This document shows, piece after piece, positions 56,101 through 64,000 of a stretch of DNA of 64,000 nt. Every line of letters starts with the position of its first letter. Within the stretch, counting starts at the first letter, position 1. Source of the DNA: Rhodoferax sp. (lineage in GTDB: Bacteria; Pseudomonadota; Gammaproteobacteria; Burkholderiales; Burkholderiaceae_C); assembly GCA_049294595.1 (NCBI GenBank), contig JBAQDE010000023.1, positions 11,715 to 75,714 of the forward strand, written 5' to 3'. The notes under the pieces were generated by a model. The model had not been told where the DNA came from. It saw only the letters and a program-made list of their open reading frames with translations, and made no database searches. The position numbers and the translations under genes are program-made.

Positions 56101-56909
56101 CGGTGGTCAGCCGGTATACCGCCGGCCCCACGCTATTTCTGCCCGCCGAGCTGGCATCGGTCACCATAAGCGGTGACAACAATGGAGCCGCGGTGGCCGT
56201 CACCCGCCTGAACAGTCCGGCCTTCCCCGTGATGCCGAATACGGCACTGTGGAACGCGGGGCTGTTTCAGATCAATGACAGCTTTGCCTTCAGCAAACTG
56301 GCTGCCGGCCCGGACGGCGCGTACGACCTGTTCAAGCTCATGGCCGCATTGACCGACCCCGATGGAAGCGTGCTGATTGGCGTGGCGTCCGCCAAGGAAA
56401 CCAATAGCACCCGGGTCCGTTACGGGCGTGCCCAATTGCAAAACCGGTATGGCTCGGAGTATCTGGCGTTGCCGGTGCCGGTAGCCTTGCAATATTGGAA
56501 CGGAAGCTGGCAGAGCAACACCCTGGACACCTGCACTACATTCCTGCCAAGCCAGTTCGCCTGGACCTTTCCGGCGGGAACGGCCGCGCGTCCCAACAAC
56601 CTGACCGCCTGCAGAAGTGCAGCCCCAACGATCACAGGTACAGCGCCCAACTTCTTCCTGAACCTCTCTGCTCCGGGTGCTGGCTACCCGGGTTGGGCGG
56701 AATTGACGCTGAACCTGAGTGCCACCGCGGCGGGCAGCACCTGTACCGCAGCAAATGCGGGTACTGGCTATTCAGGCCTGGCGACTACAGCCAATAAGCG
56801 CTGGCTGCGATACGAATGGATCAAGCCTGCCGGGGAGGTGGATCCGAAGGCCAGCGCCACGTTTGGCGCCTTCAGGAGCCCCCTCATTTACCGCCGCGAG
56901 AACTATTGA
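53157..56909 (+). CDS. mshQ: Giant secreted MshQ-like pilus-associated protein with an N-terminal tandem domain duplication
   Basis: ATG 53157 (TTG 53139 is possible). Signal peptide ...GFAETAHA|ARTID. About 1250 aa, Thr/Ser/Gly-rich. It is the last gene of the pilin operon, as MshQ is. Tandem repeats lie at 53274-53618 and 53619-53945. Confidence 0.65.
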   Translation: MNAFLDTFLGRAIGRFAGTLVLSAMGLLGFAETAHAARTIDAVTLNNASSVSVAPGDFVTLVIDVTTSGGGTANDWRSTGWLISATPPGTLTCWNHGNFTSAGSYSANTTIQVPMAPGTYNAYFVAYDNDGCSTGASPTAVLASGVIVVAPAIVIDSVTLDGAANVTVGAGQTISAVVNVTTNSSSPGYQWRSTGWRISTTAPGALTCVNHANHEAGGTFNETFSVTAPATSGTYNAYFIAYNDDSCGSGPSATATLPGAVTIPSLTEFNSTGGNTATNGLHFYLEDTTKIQVRRLNNTGQVYAAGAIPPSNSLDNGVFIRANGLVYGPSHTVTTFNPTGGMYDTYSITPATPPNPSSAGVQQTATGTFGVTAGPQVSVLWKYTTPLDFLTAEVTLTIPTGYTVSAANPVRYYHVFDTFLGGSDNGCGFTFIDANGKRIVGTYQPTSGTCTSSTSIPAGVNVVESFRERSGLSFSNYCASGWQSFFVNGSTNCSVLQSAAMSNAITTTYIDTGIGIERDFTAPGTYTFSYDFVIGSPNVPPYDHLEIRHDGSGSLCPETVTVLACTSSTVPCPALSIVNTGTLTGTLTTSPAAPAITKTPTPFSVGSANSTQGVILQASGSGTVTLGTTGLSTTPLNGTKCWNTTTLSQSCSLDFANTPCVGGYECLETSATYKNRVTTPTDRNPLYTKLSGTNFKFDVVALQSSGDVASTYTASGNVTVELFDDSASPTPACSAYTGALASQSITFAAGDSGRKTLSANFNLANAYSKVRCRVTDTNISPTLYGCSSDDFAVRPTQFTVTTPTLTNATRAGTPKAVAGTAFTLDAAAGVASGYTGTPALVPTKVQDHANVDIATGTLSGSFSAGTGPKASGAAFKYLDVGNIKLLADAVVDSGFTSVDQVGDCIANSTSNTLSGEKYGCDIGSAASATMGRWYPSHYSFAGSLTPACALGGFTYMDQDALGVALTLKAHASIGGTAAATDPVVSRYTAGPTLFLPAELASVTISGDNNGAAVAVTRLNSPAFPVMPNTALWNAGLFQINDSFAFSKLAAGPDGAYDLFKLMAALTDPDGSVLIGVASAKETNSTRVRYGRAQLQNRYGSEYLALPVPVALQYWNGSWQSNTLDTCTTFLPSQFAWTFPAGTAARPNNLTACRSAAPTITGTAPNFFLNLSAPGAGYPGWAELTLNLSATAAGSTCTAANAGTGYSGLATTANKRWLRYEWIKPAGEVDPKASATFGAFRSPLIYRRENY

Positions 56910-56960
56910 TGCGAATTGCCAGTCATTTTGTTGGACAATGATCAAAAGCCTGTAAATCTT

Positions 56961-57000
56961 TGGCGCGCGCGCGCCATCAGCTATTAAAATGAGAGCAGAC
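56961..57000 (+). repeat. 16-bp alternating-GC palindrome plus the palindrome half of the interspersed repeat, upstream of mshI
   Basis: TGGCGCGCGCGCGCCA (56961-56976), then AGCTATTAAAATGAGAGCAGAC (56979-57000). The first 14 nt of the latter are identical to 50932-50945. Confidence 0.7.
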
Positions 57001-57077
57001 TATCTCTTTTCCAATCCGTCCATGATCCAAGCCCAGATACCAGGCAGCCAGCAGTTCCTGCAGGAGCGCGCTTAAGC

Positions 57078-58145
57078 ATGCGCTGGCCGTGGAAAAGCAA
57101 AGCCTCGTCAGACCAGTTCATCGTGTCCTGGTCGACGAACACGTTTGCGTATCTGCGCGCGCGCATCAATGCCGATGGTTTGTACGCGATTCAGCAAATG
57201 GGGGTGGAGCGCCAGGGCGAGGACAGCATGGAAGACTTCGTGCGCCGCCTGCAGGGGCTGGGGCTCAAAGGGCTGGTCGCGCGCGTGATGCTGCGGCCCG
57301 AGCAATACCAGCTGCTGCAGATTGACACACCACTGGTCTCTCCCGAGGAACTTCGCTCCGCCGCACGCTACCAGATTCGGGACATGGTCAATGTCCACAT
57401 TGATGACATCACACTGGATGTGATGCAGGTTGGCGACGGCCAGCAAAAAGGGCCCCAGCACATGTTTGTGGTGGCCGCCAACAACCAGGTGGTGCGCGAG
57501 GTTCTGGCGCTGGGGGATGCCCTGCACTGGACGGTCCCCGTGATCGACATCCAGGAGACCGCCCAGCGCAATTTGCAGAGCGCCCTGGCCAAGCAGGAAG
57601 GACGCCTGGATCGTGCCGATGCGACGCTGCTGATTTCCGACGAACACCAGGCGGTCCTGACCATCAGCGCCAATGAGGAACTCTTCTTTACCCGCCGGCT
57701 GGATCTGCCGCAGGGATTCCTGACCATGTCCTGGGGCGCCGGGGCGGAGTCCCAGGCCAGCGCCGTTCCGGATGCCTTTACGCCCGTGGACGAATACGTG
57801 CCCGACTATGCGGTTGGCGGCGTATCGCAAGGTGCAGATTACTCTGTCGGCGCCGCTGACCATGGCGATACAGACCGTGTTCAGCGCTTTCTGGTCGAAG
57901 TGCAGCGCTCGCTGGATTTGTGGGACCGCACCTGGTCCAGCATGCCCCTGAGCGGTTTGCGTGTCTATGCCGGCGAGCGCTCGGCAGAGCTGGCTTCCTG
58001 GCTGGGTCGTGAGATGGGGCAAACGGTTTCGGCCATGGACCTGCAAGCCCAGTTTCCCGGGCTGCAGGAGGTGCCGGTTGCAGACCAGTTGTACTGCCTG
58101 CCGCTGCTGGGCGTGTTGTTGCGCACCGAAACCCGCAAGCTCTGA
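57078..58145 (+). CDS. mshI: MshI-like (PilM-type) pilus assembly protein
   Basis: 355 aa, first gene of a translationally coupled chain. Family assignment is by similarity of layout to PilM/MshI and by operon context. Confidence 0.6.
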   Translation: MRWPWKSKASSDQFIVSWSTNTFAYLRARINADGLYAIQQMGVERQGEDSMEDFVRRLQGLGLKGLVARVMLRPEQYQLLQIDTPLVSPEELRSAARYQIRDMVNVHIDDITLDVMQVGDGQQKGPQHMFVVAANNQVVREVLALGDALHWTVPVIDIQETAQRNLQSALAKQEGRLDRADATLLISDEHQAVLTISANEELFFTRRLDLPQGFLTMSWGAGAESQASAVPDAFTPVDEYVPDYAVGGVSQGADYSVGAADHGDTDRVQRFLVEVQRSLDLWDRTWSSMPLSGLRVYAGERSAELASWLGREMGQTVSAMDLQAQFPGLQEVPVADQLYCLPLLGVLLRTETRKL

Positions 58146-58159
58146 GCGCGTCCACCACC

Positions 58160-58861
58160 ATGCCCCAGCAAATCAATCTTTGTACGCCGATCCTGCTGAC
58201 GCAAAAGCGTTACTTCTCTGCGCACACCATGGTAATTGCGCTGGGTGTTTTCCTGCTGTTGGGCGGCATCCTGGCGGGTGTGTGGGTCTGGAATCTGGAC
58301 AAAAGCACCCAGTCGTTCCGGCAGTCGACCCTGGCCCAGTCGCGCGACCTGGAAGCCTTGAAAGCCGCCATTGAGCGCAGCAAGGCCAGCGCCGCGCCGG
58401 TGGACCCGGCTCTGCTGGCACAGTTGCAGACACGGCGCAACAGTCTGGCCCAGCGCGAGAAATTGCGCGAGGCGCTGAAGGAAGGCATGTTCCGCCCGGG
58501 TTGGGGCCATTCGGACCGCCTGACCTGGGTGGCGCGCAGCATTCCTGCTCCGGTGTGGGTCACCGAAGTCAAGATGGACGGTACCCGGTTCGAAGTCACT
58601 GGCTACACGCTGGAGCCGTCCGCACTGAACGAATGGGTGGATCAGCTGGCCGTCAGTCCCCTGATGCAGGGCTTGAAACTGTCCACCGTGCGGGTGGAAA
58701 GTGCCACTCTGTCCAAGACGGCGACGGTGGGCGCCCCGACACCTGTGACGTCCAACTCGGTGGCCGCAGCGCGACCGGTCTGGTCATTCAATCTGGTCAG
58801 CATGGAGCCTGCGCCACAGGCTGCCCTGGCCGCAGCCAGTGCACCGGGGAGCAAACCATGA
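58160..58861 (+). CDS. PilN-like fimbrial assembly protein (second MshI module)
   Basis: MPQQINLCTP... followed by one TM (MVIALGVFLLLGGILAGVWVW) and a coiled coil, as in PilN/MshI C-terminal parts. Confidence 0.6.
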   Translation: MPQQINLCTPILLTQKRYFSAHTMVIALGVFLLLGGILAGVWVWNLDKSTQSFRQSTLAQSRDLEALKAAIERSKASAAPVDPALLAQLQTRRNSLAQREKLREALKEGMFRPGWGHSDRLTWVARSIPAPVWVTEVKMDGTRFEVTGYTLEPSALNEWVDQLAVSPLMQGLKLSTVRVESATLSKTATVGAPTPVTSNSVAAARPVWSFNLVSMEPAPQAALAAASAPGSKP

Positions 58862-59493
58862 AGCAACGCTGGCAGCAACTGGTCACGCGCATTGATGCAA
58901 TGAACCTGCGCGAGCGGGTGTTCCTGTTTCTGGCCATTATTGTCTGCACGCTGGCGCTGGCCGATACGCTGTGGCTGTCGCCGGCCCAGATGGCATACAC
59001 CCAGGCAAAGCAGCGGTTTTCTGCGCAGGGTGTGGAGCTCACTCGCCTGCGTGCCGAATTGCAAGGCACGGCCCAACCGGTGGATGCCAGCAAGGCGGTT
59101 CGCGACGAAATCGCCGAGATCGGTCTGCGCATGGATGCGGTCAACGAGGACATTCGGGCCGTCGCCCCGTTGGCCGAGGGCGGGCCTGCCATCGAGCAGG
59201 CCCTGGTGCAGTTCCTGCGCCGTCAGGATGGGCTGACCCTGCTGAGCACTGGTACCGTCAAGCAGGATTCGCCAGTTGCGACGTCCGCCGTAGCGGCAGG
59301 CGCCAATGCGCCGGTCCTGTCCCGGCGCGGGCTGGAGTTGAGCGTATCGGGCTCCTATGCGGAGCTGGTGCGTTACGTCGCAACATTGGAGACCGCATTG
59401 CCCACCCTGCGCTGGGGGGCCCTGCAATTGAAGGCAACCAAACAACCGCCCGAGCTGACACTGCAGGTCTTTGTTGTGGGAGTGCCACCATGA
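58858..59493 (+). CDS. mshJ: MshJ-like (PilO/GspM-type) protein
   Basis: ATG 58858 overlaps the upstream stop (ATGA). One TM (VFLFLAIIVCTLALA); 211 aa. Confidence 0.6.
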   Translation: MKQRWQQLVTRIDAMNLRERVFLFLAIIVCTLALADTLWLSPAQMAYTQAKQRFSAQGVELTRLRAELQGTAQPVDASKAVRDEIAEIGLRMDAVNEDIRAVAPLAEGGPAIEQALVQFLRRQDGLTLLSTGTVKQDSPVATSAVAAGANAPVLSRRGLELSVSGSYAELVRYVATLETALPTLRWGALQLKATKQPPELTLQVFVVGVPP

Positions 59494-59993
59494 TGCTGTT
59501 GCCCGTTCGGTGTGTCCGCGCGCAGGCTCTGGCATGGGCCCTGTTGGCGTGTGTGCTGCCCCTGGCCGCACAGGAAGGGCGTGACCCTACCATCGCGCCT
59601 GGCGAATCTGCCGCGGTGGGGCCTTCTCCGGTGGGAGAGGAAGGCATGACCGTGCTGGTGCGCGATGGAAAGTCCTTCCTCGTCGTCGGAACGCGTCTGT
59701 ATACCGTGGGAGACAAGGTCGGCATGATGCGGGTTGACCGCATCACCGAGTCCGAGGTCTGGCTGCACGACGGTCGTGCGCTGATCAAGGTCCAGCGTTT
59801 CGCCGGTATCGAACGCACGGCGGTCCCTGCCAAGCCCGCGTGCGCCTCTGGGGCTGGCGCACCCACTTCTCCTGCCAGCAGCCCCGCACCTGTGAAGGCC
59901 AGCAAAAAAGCCCAACGCGCACCCGCCAGTTCCCCTGTCCTTGCACCCAATTCGCCCCCCGCCGCCACGCCGTGCGAAGATACCCAACCGTGA
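59490..59993 (+). CDS. mshK: MshK-like protein
   Basis: ATG 59490 overlaps the upstream stop (ATGA). Signal peptide LLACVLPLAAQEG. Pro/Ala-rich tail; 167 aa. Confidence 0.55.
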   Translation: MMLLPVRCVRAQALAWALLACVLPLAAQEGRDPTIAPGESAAVGPSPVGEEGMTVLVRDGKSFLVVGTRLYTVGDKVGMMRVDRITESEVWLHDGRALIKVQRFAGIERTAVPAKPACASGAGAPTSPASSPAPVKASKKAQRAPASSPVLAPNSPPAATPCEDTQP

Positions 59994-60003
59994 ATGCACG
60001 CAG

Positions 60004-61863
60004 ATGACTACCAAAGCAGCCACCATGATCGAACCGACTTCCACATTCCCCTTGGGTGAGACGGCGTCCGCGCGACAGTGGGCGGTGACCGGTGTCTGCT
60101 TCATTTTGGGTGCCAGTTTGCTGGCGGGCTGTTCCGCGGACCGGCCCTTGCGCACGCCCGACGTGTCCGAGACCGTGCGGGCCGAGCTGGCGGCACCCGT
60201 GGTCAAGCCCACGGTGGCGGTGCCCGCCCAGGTCAGTGATGCGCTGGCCGAACCGGCGCCCAAGGCCATGCCGGTCGCGGCCGAACCACGGTTGGACTTG
60301 CTGGTCAACAATGCGCAGGCGCGCGAGGTCTTCCTGGCCATTGTGGCCGACACCCGCTACAGCATGTTGATGCACCCGGATGTGTCGGGCACCCTGTCGG
60401 TGACCCTGCGCGGTGTGACCGTGACCGAAGCGCTGGAAGCCATTCGCGATGTGTATGGCTACGATTTCAAGATCGAGGGACGACGCATCACCGTATACGC
60501 ACCCACGCTGCAGACCCGGGTGTTCACCATCAACTACCCCCACTCCCTGCGTGTGGGAACCAGCGAGTTGCGGGTATCGTCCGGCGCCGCCGGCATGAAC
60601 AGCAACAGCGGTGGCAGCGGCAATGCTGCCGGTGCGAACAACGCGGCCAATGGCGCATCCGGAAGCGGTGGCACTGGCCAGCAAATCGAGAACAGCCGCA
60701 TTTCCACCAGTTCCAGGACCGACTTCTGGGCCGAACTGTCGGATGCGGTCAAGGGCATGCTCGGTGGTGGTGCGGGGCGCAATGTCATCGTCAGCCCGCA
60801 GGCCGGCATCATGGCCGTGCGCGCCATGCCCGACGAGCTGCGCCAGGTGGCCCAGTTCCTGAAGGCTGCACAGGTTGCCGTGGAACGCCAGGTCATGCTG
60901 GAAGCCAAGATTGTTGAGGTTGAGCTGCGCGACGGTTACCAGAGCGGCATCGACTGGTCGGCCCTGCGCAATGCCGGGCGCCACACCGGCGTGATTGGCA
61001 CGGTGGGCGGTGGCACCGCCAACAATGTGCTGATCAACGGCGTGACAACCAACGTACCCGGTTTCCCCACCGCCGTGACGCCAGCCCTGGCCGACACACA
61101 GGCCCTGCCCGTGGGAACCGGTGGACTCTTCGGTCTGGCGTTGGCCACCGATGGCTTCCAGGCGGTGCTGGGCTTTCTGGAAACGCGTGGCGACATCCAG
61201 ATCCTGAGCAGCCCGCGCATTGCCACCATGAACAACCAGAAGGCGCTGCTCAAGGTCGGGACCGATGATTTCTATGTGACCAATGTCTCGGGCGGCACCG
61301 CGGGCACCAGCTCCACTACATCCACGAGCTCGACGGCTCCCACGTTGCCCACAGTCACGCTGACCCAGTTCTTCTCCGGCATCGCGCTGGACGTCACGCC
61401 GCAAATTGACGACGGCAACAACATCACGCTGCACGTGCGGCCTTCGGTGACCAATGTCACCGAGAAGACCAAGCAGATCGACTTGGGCACCATCGGCAAC
61501 TACAAGCTGCCGCTGGCCTCCAGCTCGGTCAATGAGTCCGACACCATGGTGCGCATCCAGGACGGCAACATCGTCGCCATTGGTGGCCTGATGCAGCTGG
61601 AGTCCAACCGCCGCTCGTCCGGCCTGCCTGGCACCACGGATGTGCCCTTCTGGTCGTCCATCCTGGGCAACAAGGTCAACTCGGGCCGCAAGAAGGAACT
61701 GGTGGTGCTGATCAAGCCCACCATCATCCGCAATGCCGACGACTGGGAGGCCCAGACCCGTCGCACCCGTGAGGCCCTGGACGACATGAGTGCCAGCCGG
61801 GCCCGCGTGATCCGCATGGACGGCAGTGTCTACAACGTCGAACCGGCAGGACCGGCACGCTGA
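60004..61863 (+). CDS. mshL: Secretin of the MSHA-type pilus (lipoprotein)
   Basis: Lipobox LLAGC. Secretin C-domain (GGLFGLALATDGFQAVLGFLETRGDIQILSSPRIATMNNQKALLKVG...GLPG...LVVLIKPTII). Confidence 0.85.
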   Translation: MTTKAATMIEPTSTFPLGETASARQWAVTGVCFILGASLLAGCSADRPLRTPDVSETVRAELAAPVVKPTVAVPAQVSDALAEPAPKAMPVAAEPRLDLLVNNAQAREVFLAIVADTRYSMLMHPDVSGTLSVTLRGVTVTEALEAIRDVYGYDFKIEGRRITVYAPTLQTRVFTINYPHSLRVGTSELRVSSGAAGMNSNSGGSGNAAGANNAANGASGSGGTGQQIENSRISTSSRTDFWAELSDAVKGMLGGGAGRNVIVSPQAGIMAVRAMPDELRQVAQFLKAAQVAVERQVMLEAKIVEVELRDGYQSGIDWSALRNAGRHTGVIGTVGGGTANNVLINGVTTNVPGFPTAVTPALADTQALPVGTGGLFGLALATDGFQAVLGFLETRGDIQILSSPRIATMNNQKALLKVGTDDFYVTNVSGGTAGTSSTTSTSSTAPTLPTVTLTQFFSGIALDVTPQIDDGNNITLHVRPSVTNVTEKTKQIDLGTIGNYKLPLASSSVNESDTMVRIQDGNIVAIGGLMQLESNRRSSGLPGTTDVPFWSSILGNKVNSGRKKELVVLIKPTIIRNADDWEAQTRRTREALDDMSASRARVIRMDGSVYNVEPAGPAR

Positions 61864-62783
61864 TGTACCTGGGGCATTTTTCGCTGCGGGAAGCCCCCTT
61901 TTCGATCACGCCCGACTCGGCGTTCTTCTACCCCCACGAGGGTGCACAGGCCGCGCTCAACACCCTGCTGGTGGCGCTGCGCAGCGGTGAGGGATTCCTG
62001 AAGATTGTGGGAGAGGTGGGCTGCGGCAAGACCGTGCTGTGCCGCCAGTTGCTCAAGACCCTCCAGGGTGAGGCGGTCACCGCCTACATCCCCAACCCCG
62101 ACATGGGCCCGGACGACCTGCTGATGGCGCTGTGCCTGGAACTCAATGTCAAGCCCGTGCCACCGATCAGCCGCCACAGCGTGCTCAACGCCTTGCGTGA
62201 CTGCCTGTTGCAGCATGGCCTGGAAGGCCGCAATGTGGTGGTCTGCATCGACGAGGCCCAGGCGATTCCGCTGCGCACGGTCGAGAGCCTGCGCCTGCTG
62301 TCCAACCTGGAAACCGAGAAGCGCAAGCTGCTGCAACTGGTCCTGCTGGGCCAGCCCGAGCTGGATGTGAAACTGGCGCGGCCGGAAATCCGCCAACTGA
62401 TGCAGCGCATCACCTTCAGTGAATACCTGGGGCCCATGCCGGCCGACCGGGTGCCGGTATACCTGGTACACCGCCTGACCACGGCCGCGGTGGACGTCCA
62501 CACCGATGTGCAGGTGTTCGAGCCCGACGCCGCCAAGGCCATTGCCCGCATCAGCGGCGGCGTGCCGCGCCTGATCAATGTGCTGGCCCACAAGTGCCTG
62601 ATGCTGGCCTATGGCGAGAACGTGCACCGGGTCAGCGTGGCCCATGTGCGTCTGGCCGCCAAGGACACGCCGGGCGTGGTGCCACGCCTGCCCTGGTGGC
62701 GGCGGTTCTGGCGTCGGCCGGCACCACCACCGGCACTGCTGTCGGATAGCGTCCTGGGAACTCCGGTCAGGAGCAAGCCGTGA
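61863..62783 (+). CDS. mshM: ExeA-like AAA ATPase
   Basis: MYLGHFSLREAPFSITPD...GEVGCGKT...VVCIDEAQ. The ATG overlaps the mshL stop (TGATG). Confidence 0.8.
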   Translation: MYLGHFSLREAPFSITPDSAFFYPHEGAQAALNTLLVALRSGEGFLKIVGEVGCGKTVLCRQLLKTLQGEAVTAYIPNPDMGPDDLLMALCLELNVKPVPPISRHSVLNALRDCLLQHGLEGRNVVVCIDEAQAIPLRTVESLRLLSNLETEKRKLLQLVLLGQPELDVKLARPEIRQLMQRITFSEYLGPMPADRVPVYLVHRLTTAAVDVHTDVQVFEPDAAKAIARISGGVPRLINVLAHKCLMLAYGENVHRVSVAHVRLAAKDTPGVVPRLPWWRRFWRRPAPPPALLSDSVLGTPVRSKP

Positions 62784-63964
62784 GTGTCATCAACAAGATG
62801 CTGCGCGATCTGGACCACCGCCAGGCGGCGCAGGTTCCGGTGGGCGGGCAGTCCGCTGTCAGCACCACTGTGCAACCGGCAGTCCACCACGGCACCGCCA
62901 GCGTGCCGTACGCGCCTTTCGGTGCGGCAGCCTCGGCGCGTGCGCATGCGCGCCGCTGGATCTGGCTAGGTGCGCTGCTGGCTGTGGTGGCCGTGGCCCT
63001 GGGTGGAGCGTACTGGGTGCAAAACGGGGGGATACTGCCGACCGCCGCCGTGATAACCCCGGCACCGGTTGCCCCGCCCGTGGTGGCGGTGTCTGCCCCC
63101 GTCGCAGCACCGGCCATTGCCGACGCGTCCCCAGCCGCTTCAGAGCCAGTCACCGAACCCACGGTGCCCGATGCCGTGGCCGCCCATGCGGCCCCGGGTG
63201 CCATGGTCTTGCGCATGGAAACCAGCCTGTCGGCGCGCAAGGCGCTCGATGCTCTGCTGTCATCCACACCCGCCCCGGCACCCACGCCTGCTCCTGCTCC
63301 TGCTCCAGTTGCCGCGTCGGCCCCGGCGATTGCAACGCCGGCACCCGAACGCACCAAGACCCGCGCCGTTGCCAGTGCACCGGTTCCCGCACCCGCGCCC
63401 GTCGCAGCAGCAACGGCAGTGGCATCCCGGGAGAGTGCACCGGTCCTGCAGCGCCAGCAACAGGCCGGCGTTGACGCAGTGGCGCAGGCCCAAAATCTGT
63501 GGAACACCGGCTCACGCGATGCCGCCATGGACCTCATGCAGCAGTCCATCGCCGTAGCCGAGCGGGCCGCCAAGGCGGCCGGCGCCAGCGGAACCAATCC
63601 GGTGTTGCTGCCCCTGGTGCGGGAGATGGCGCGCATGCAGCTGGCCGAGGCCCGTTATGGCGCCGTCTGGGAAATGCTGACCCGCCTCGAACCCCAGCTC
63701 GGCAACCAGCCGGACCTGTGGGCCATTCGCGCCAACGCCGCCCAGCGTCTGGGGCGCCACCCGGACAGCGTGCATGCCTACATGATGGCCCTGCAGTCCC
63801 GCCCGGACGAGCAGCGCTGGCTGCTGGGCACGGCCGTATCCCTGGCCGCTTTGGGCCAGACCACCAGTGCGGCGGAAATGGCCGAGAAGGCCCGCGCGGT
63901 AGGGCCGGTCAGCAAGGACATCCTGGCCTATCTGCGCCAGGCGGGTGTGCCGCTCAGGGAATAA
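62780..63964 (+). CDS. mshN: MshN-like protein (N-terminal anchor, Ala/Pro-rich linker, C-terminal TPR-like region)
   Basis: GTG 62780 overlaps the mshM stop. MSVINKMLRDLD N-terminus, one TM, PAPAPTPAPAPAP linker, and helical repeats at the C-terminus. Confidence 0.65.
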   Translation: MSVINKMLRDLDHRQAAQVPVGGQSAVSTTVQPAVHHGTASVPYAPFGAAASARAHARRWIWLGALLAVVAVALGGAYWVQNGGILPTAAVITPAPVAPPVVAVSAPVAAPAIADASPAASEPVTEPTVPDAVAAHAAPGAMVLRMETSLSARKALDALLSSTPAPAPTPAPAPAPVAASAPAIATPAPERTKTRAVASAPVPAPAPVAAATAVASRESAPVLQRQQQAGVDAVAQAQNLWNTGSRDAAMDLMQQSIAVAERAAKAAGASGTNPVLLPLVREMARMQLAEARYGAVWEMLTRLEPQLGNQPDLWAIRANAAQRLGRHPDSVHAYMMALQSRPDEQRWLLGTAVSLAALGQTTSAAEMAEKARAVGPVSKDILAYLRQAGVPLRE

Positions 63965-64000
63965 TGCGGTCAAGTGTCCGAGCTGTCTGGCAGCACGCGC

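Noticed and set aside
63240-63420. Short periodic CCNGCN repeats that could suggest a tandem repeat or CRISPR-like array
   Set aside because: They encode the in-frame Ala/Pro-rich linker (PAPAPTPAPAPAPVAA...) of the MshN-like protein. There are no spacers or direct repeats of CRISPR size.

Overview
High-G+C proteobacterial chromosome segment. Gene content, SAH-riboswitch-controlled metH and the repeat family suggest a betaproteobacterium of the Burkholderiales/Comamonadaceae type (inference). I support about 58 protein genes; I found no rRNA, tRNA, CRISPR array, integrase or transposase.

Layout:
- 1-11.7 kb: signalling and transport. A 5'-truncated PAS hybrid histidine kinase, ABC-F ATPase, DUF47-Pit-DUF47, MCP plus hemerythrin, and a class III cyclase convergent with a GGDEF cyclase.
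- 11.8-19.2 kb: an accessory block. Type I restriction-modification hsdR-hsdM-hsdS, followed by a HigB-like toxin and a HigA-HTH::ImmA/IrrE metallopeptidase fusion, ending in an A+T-rich spacer with paired inverted repeats.
- 19.2-37.6 kb: metabolism and regulators. mmsA plus an omega-aminotransferase plus LysR; a DadA-like oxidoreductase plus ArgP; Usp; LysR plus a metallophosphoesterase; GTP-PEPCK; threonine dehydratase; a double-AAA+ ATPase; recQ.
- 37.6-42.4 kb: a split methionine synthase. Each half is preceded by its own SAH riboswitch, and a cNMP-binding gene lies between them on the opposite strand.
- 43.3-64.0 kb: a complete MSHA-type type IV pilus cluster in permuted order (E-G-F-A ... 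D-O-P-Q-I-J-K-L-M-N). A methyltransferase and a TPR/GT41 glycosyltransferase are inserted after the major pilin gene.

Signals not explained by ordinary annotation:
1. A roughly 50-bp bipartite interspersed repeat (GCCCTCGTGG, 13 nt, AGCTAT..ATAGC) occurs at least 8 times. Copies sit at gene ends, flank hsdM in inverted orientation, and appear in frame inside two CDSs.
2. The two paralogous SAH riboswitches show compensatory base changes and share an SD-sequestering ON-switch platform.
3. A perfect CRP-type site lies upstream of the pilin gene.
4. A tandem domain duplication sits at the N-terminus of the MshQ-like giant protein.

All functional calls rest on motif recognition by eye. No database search was run.
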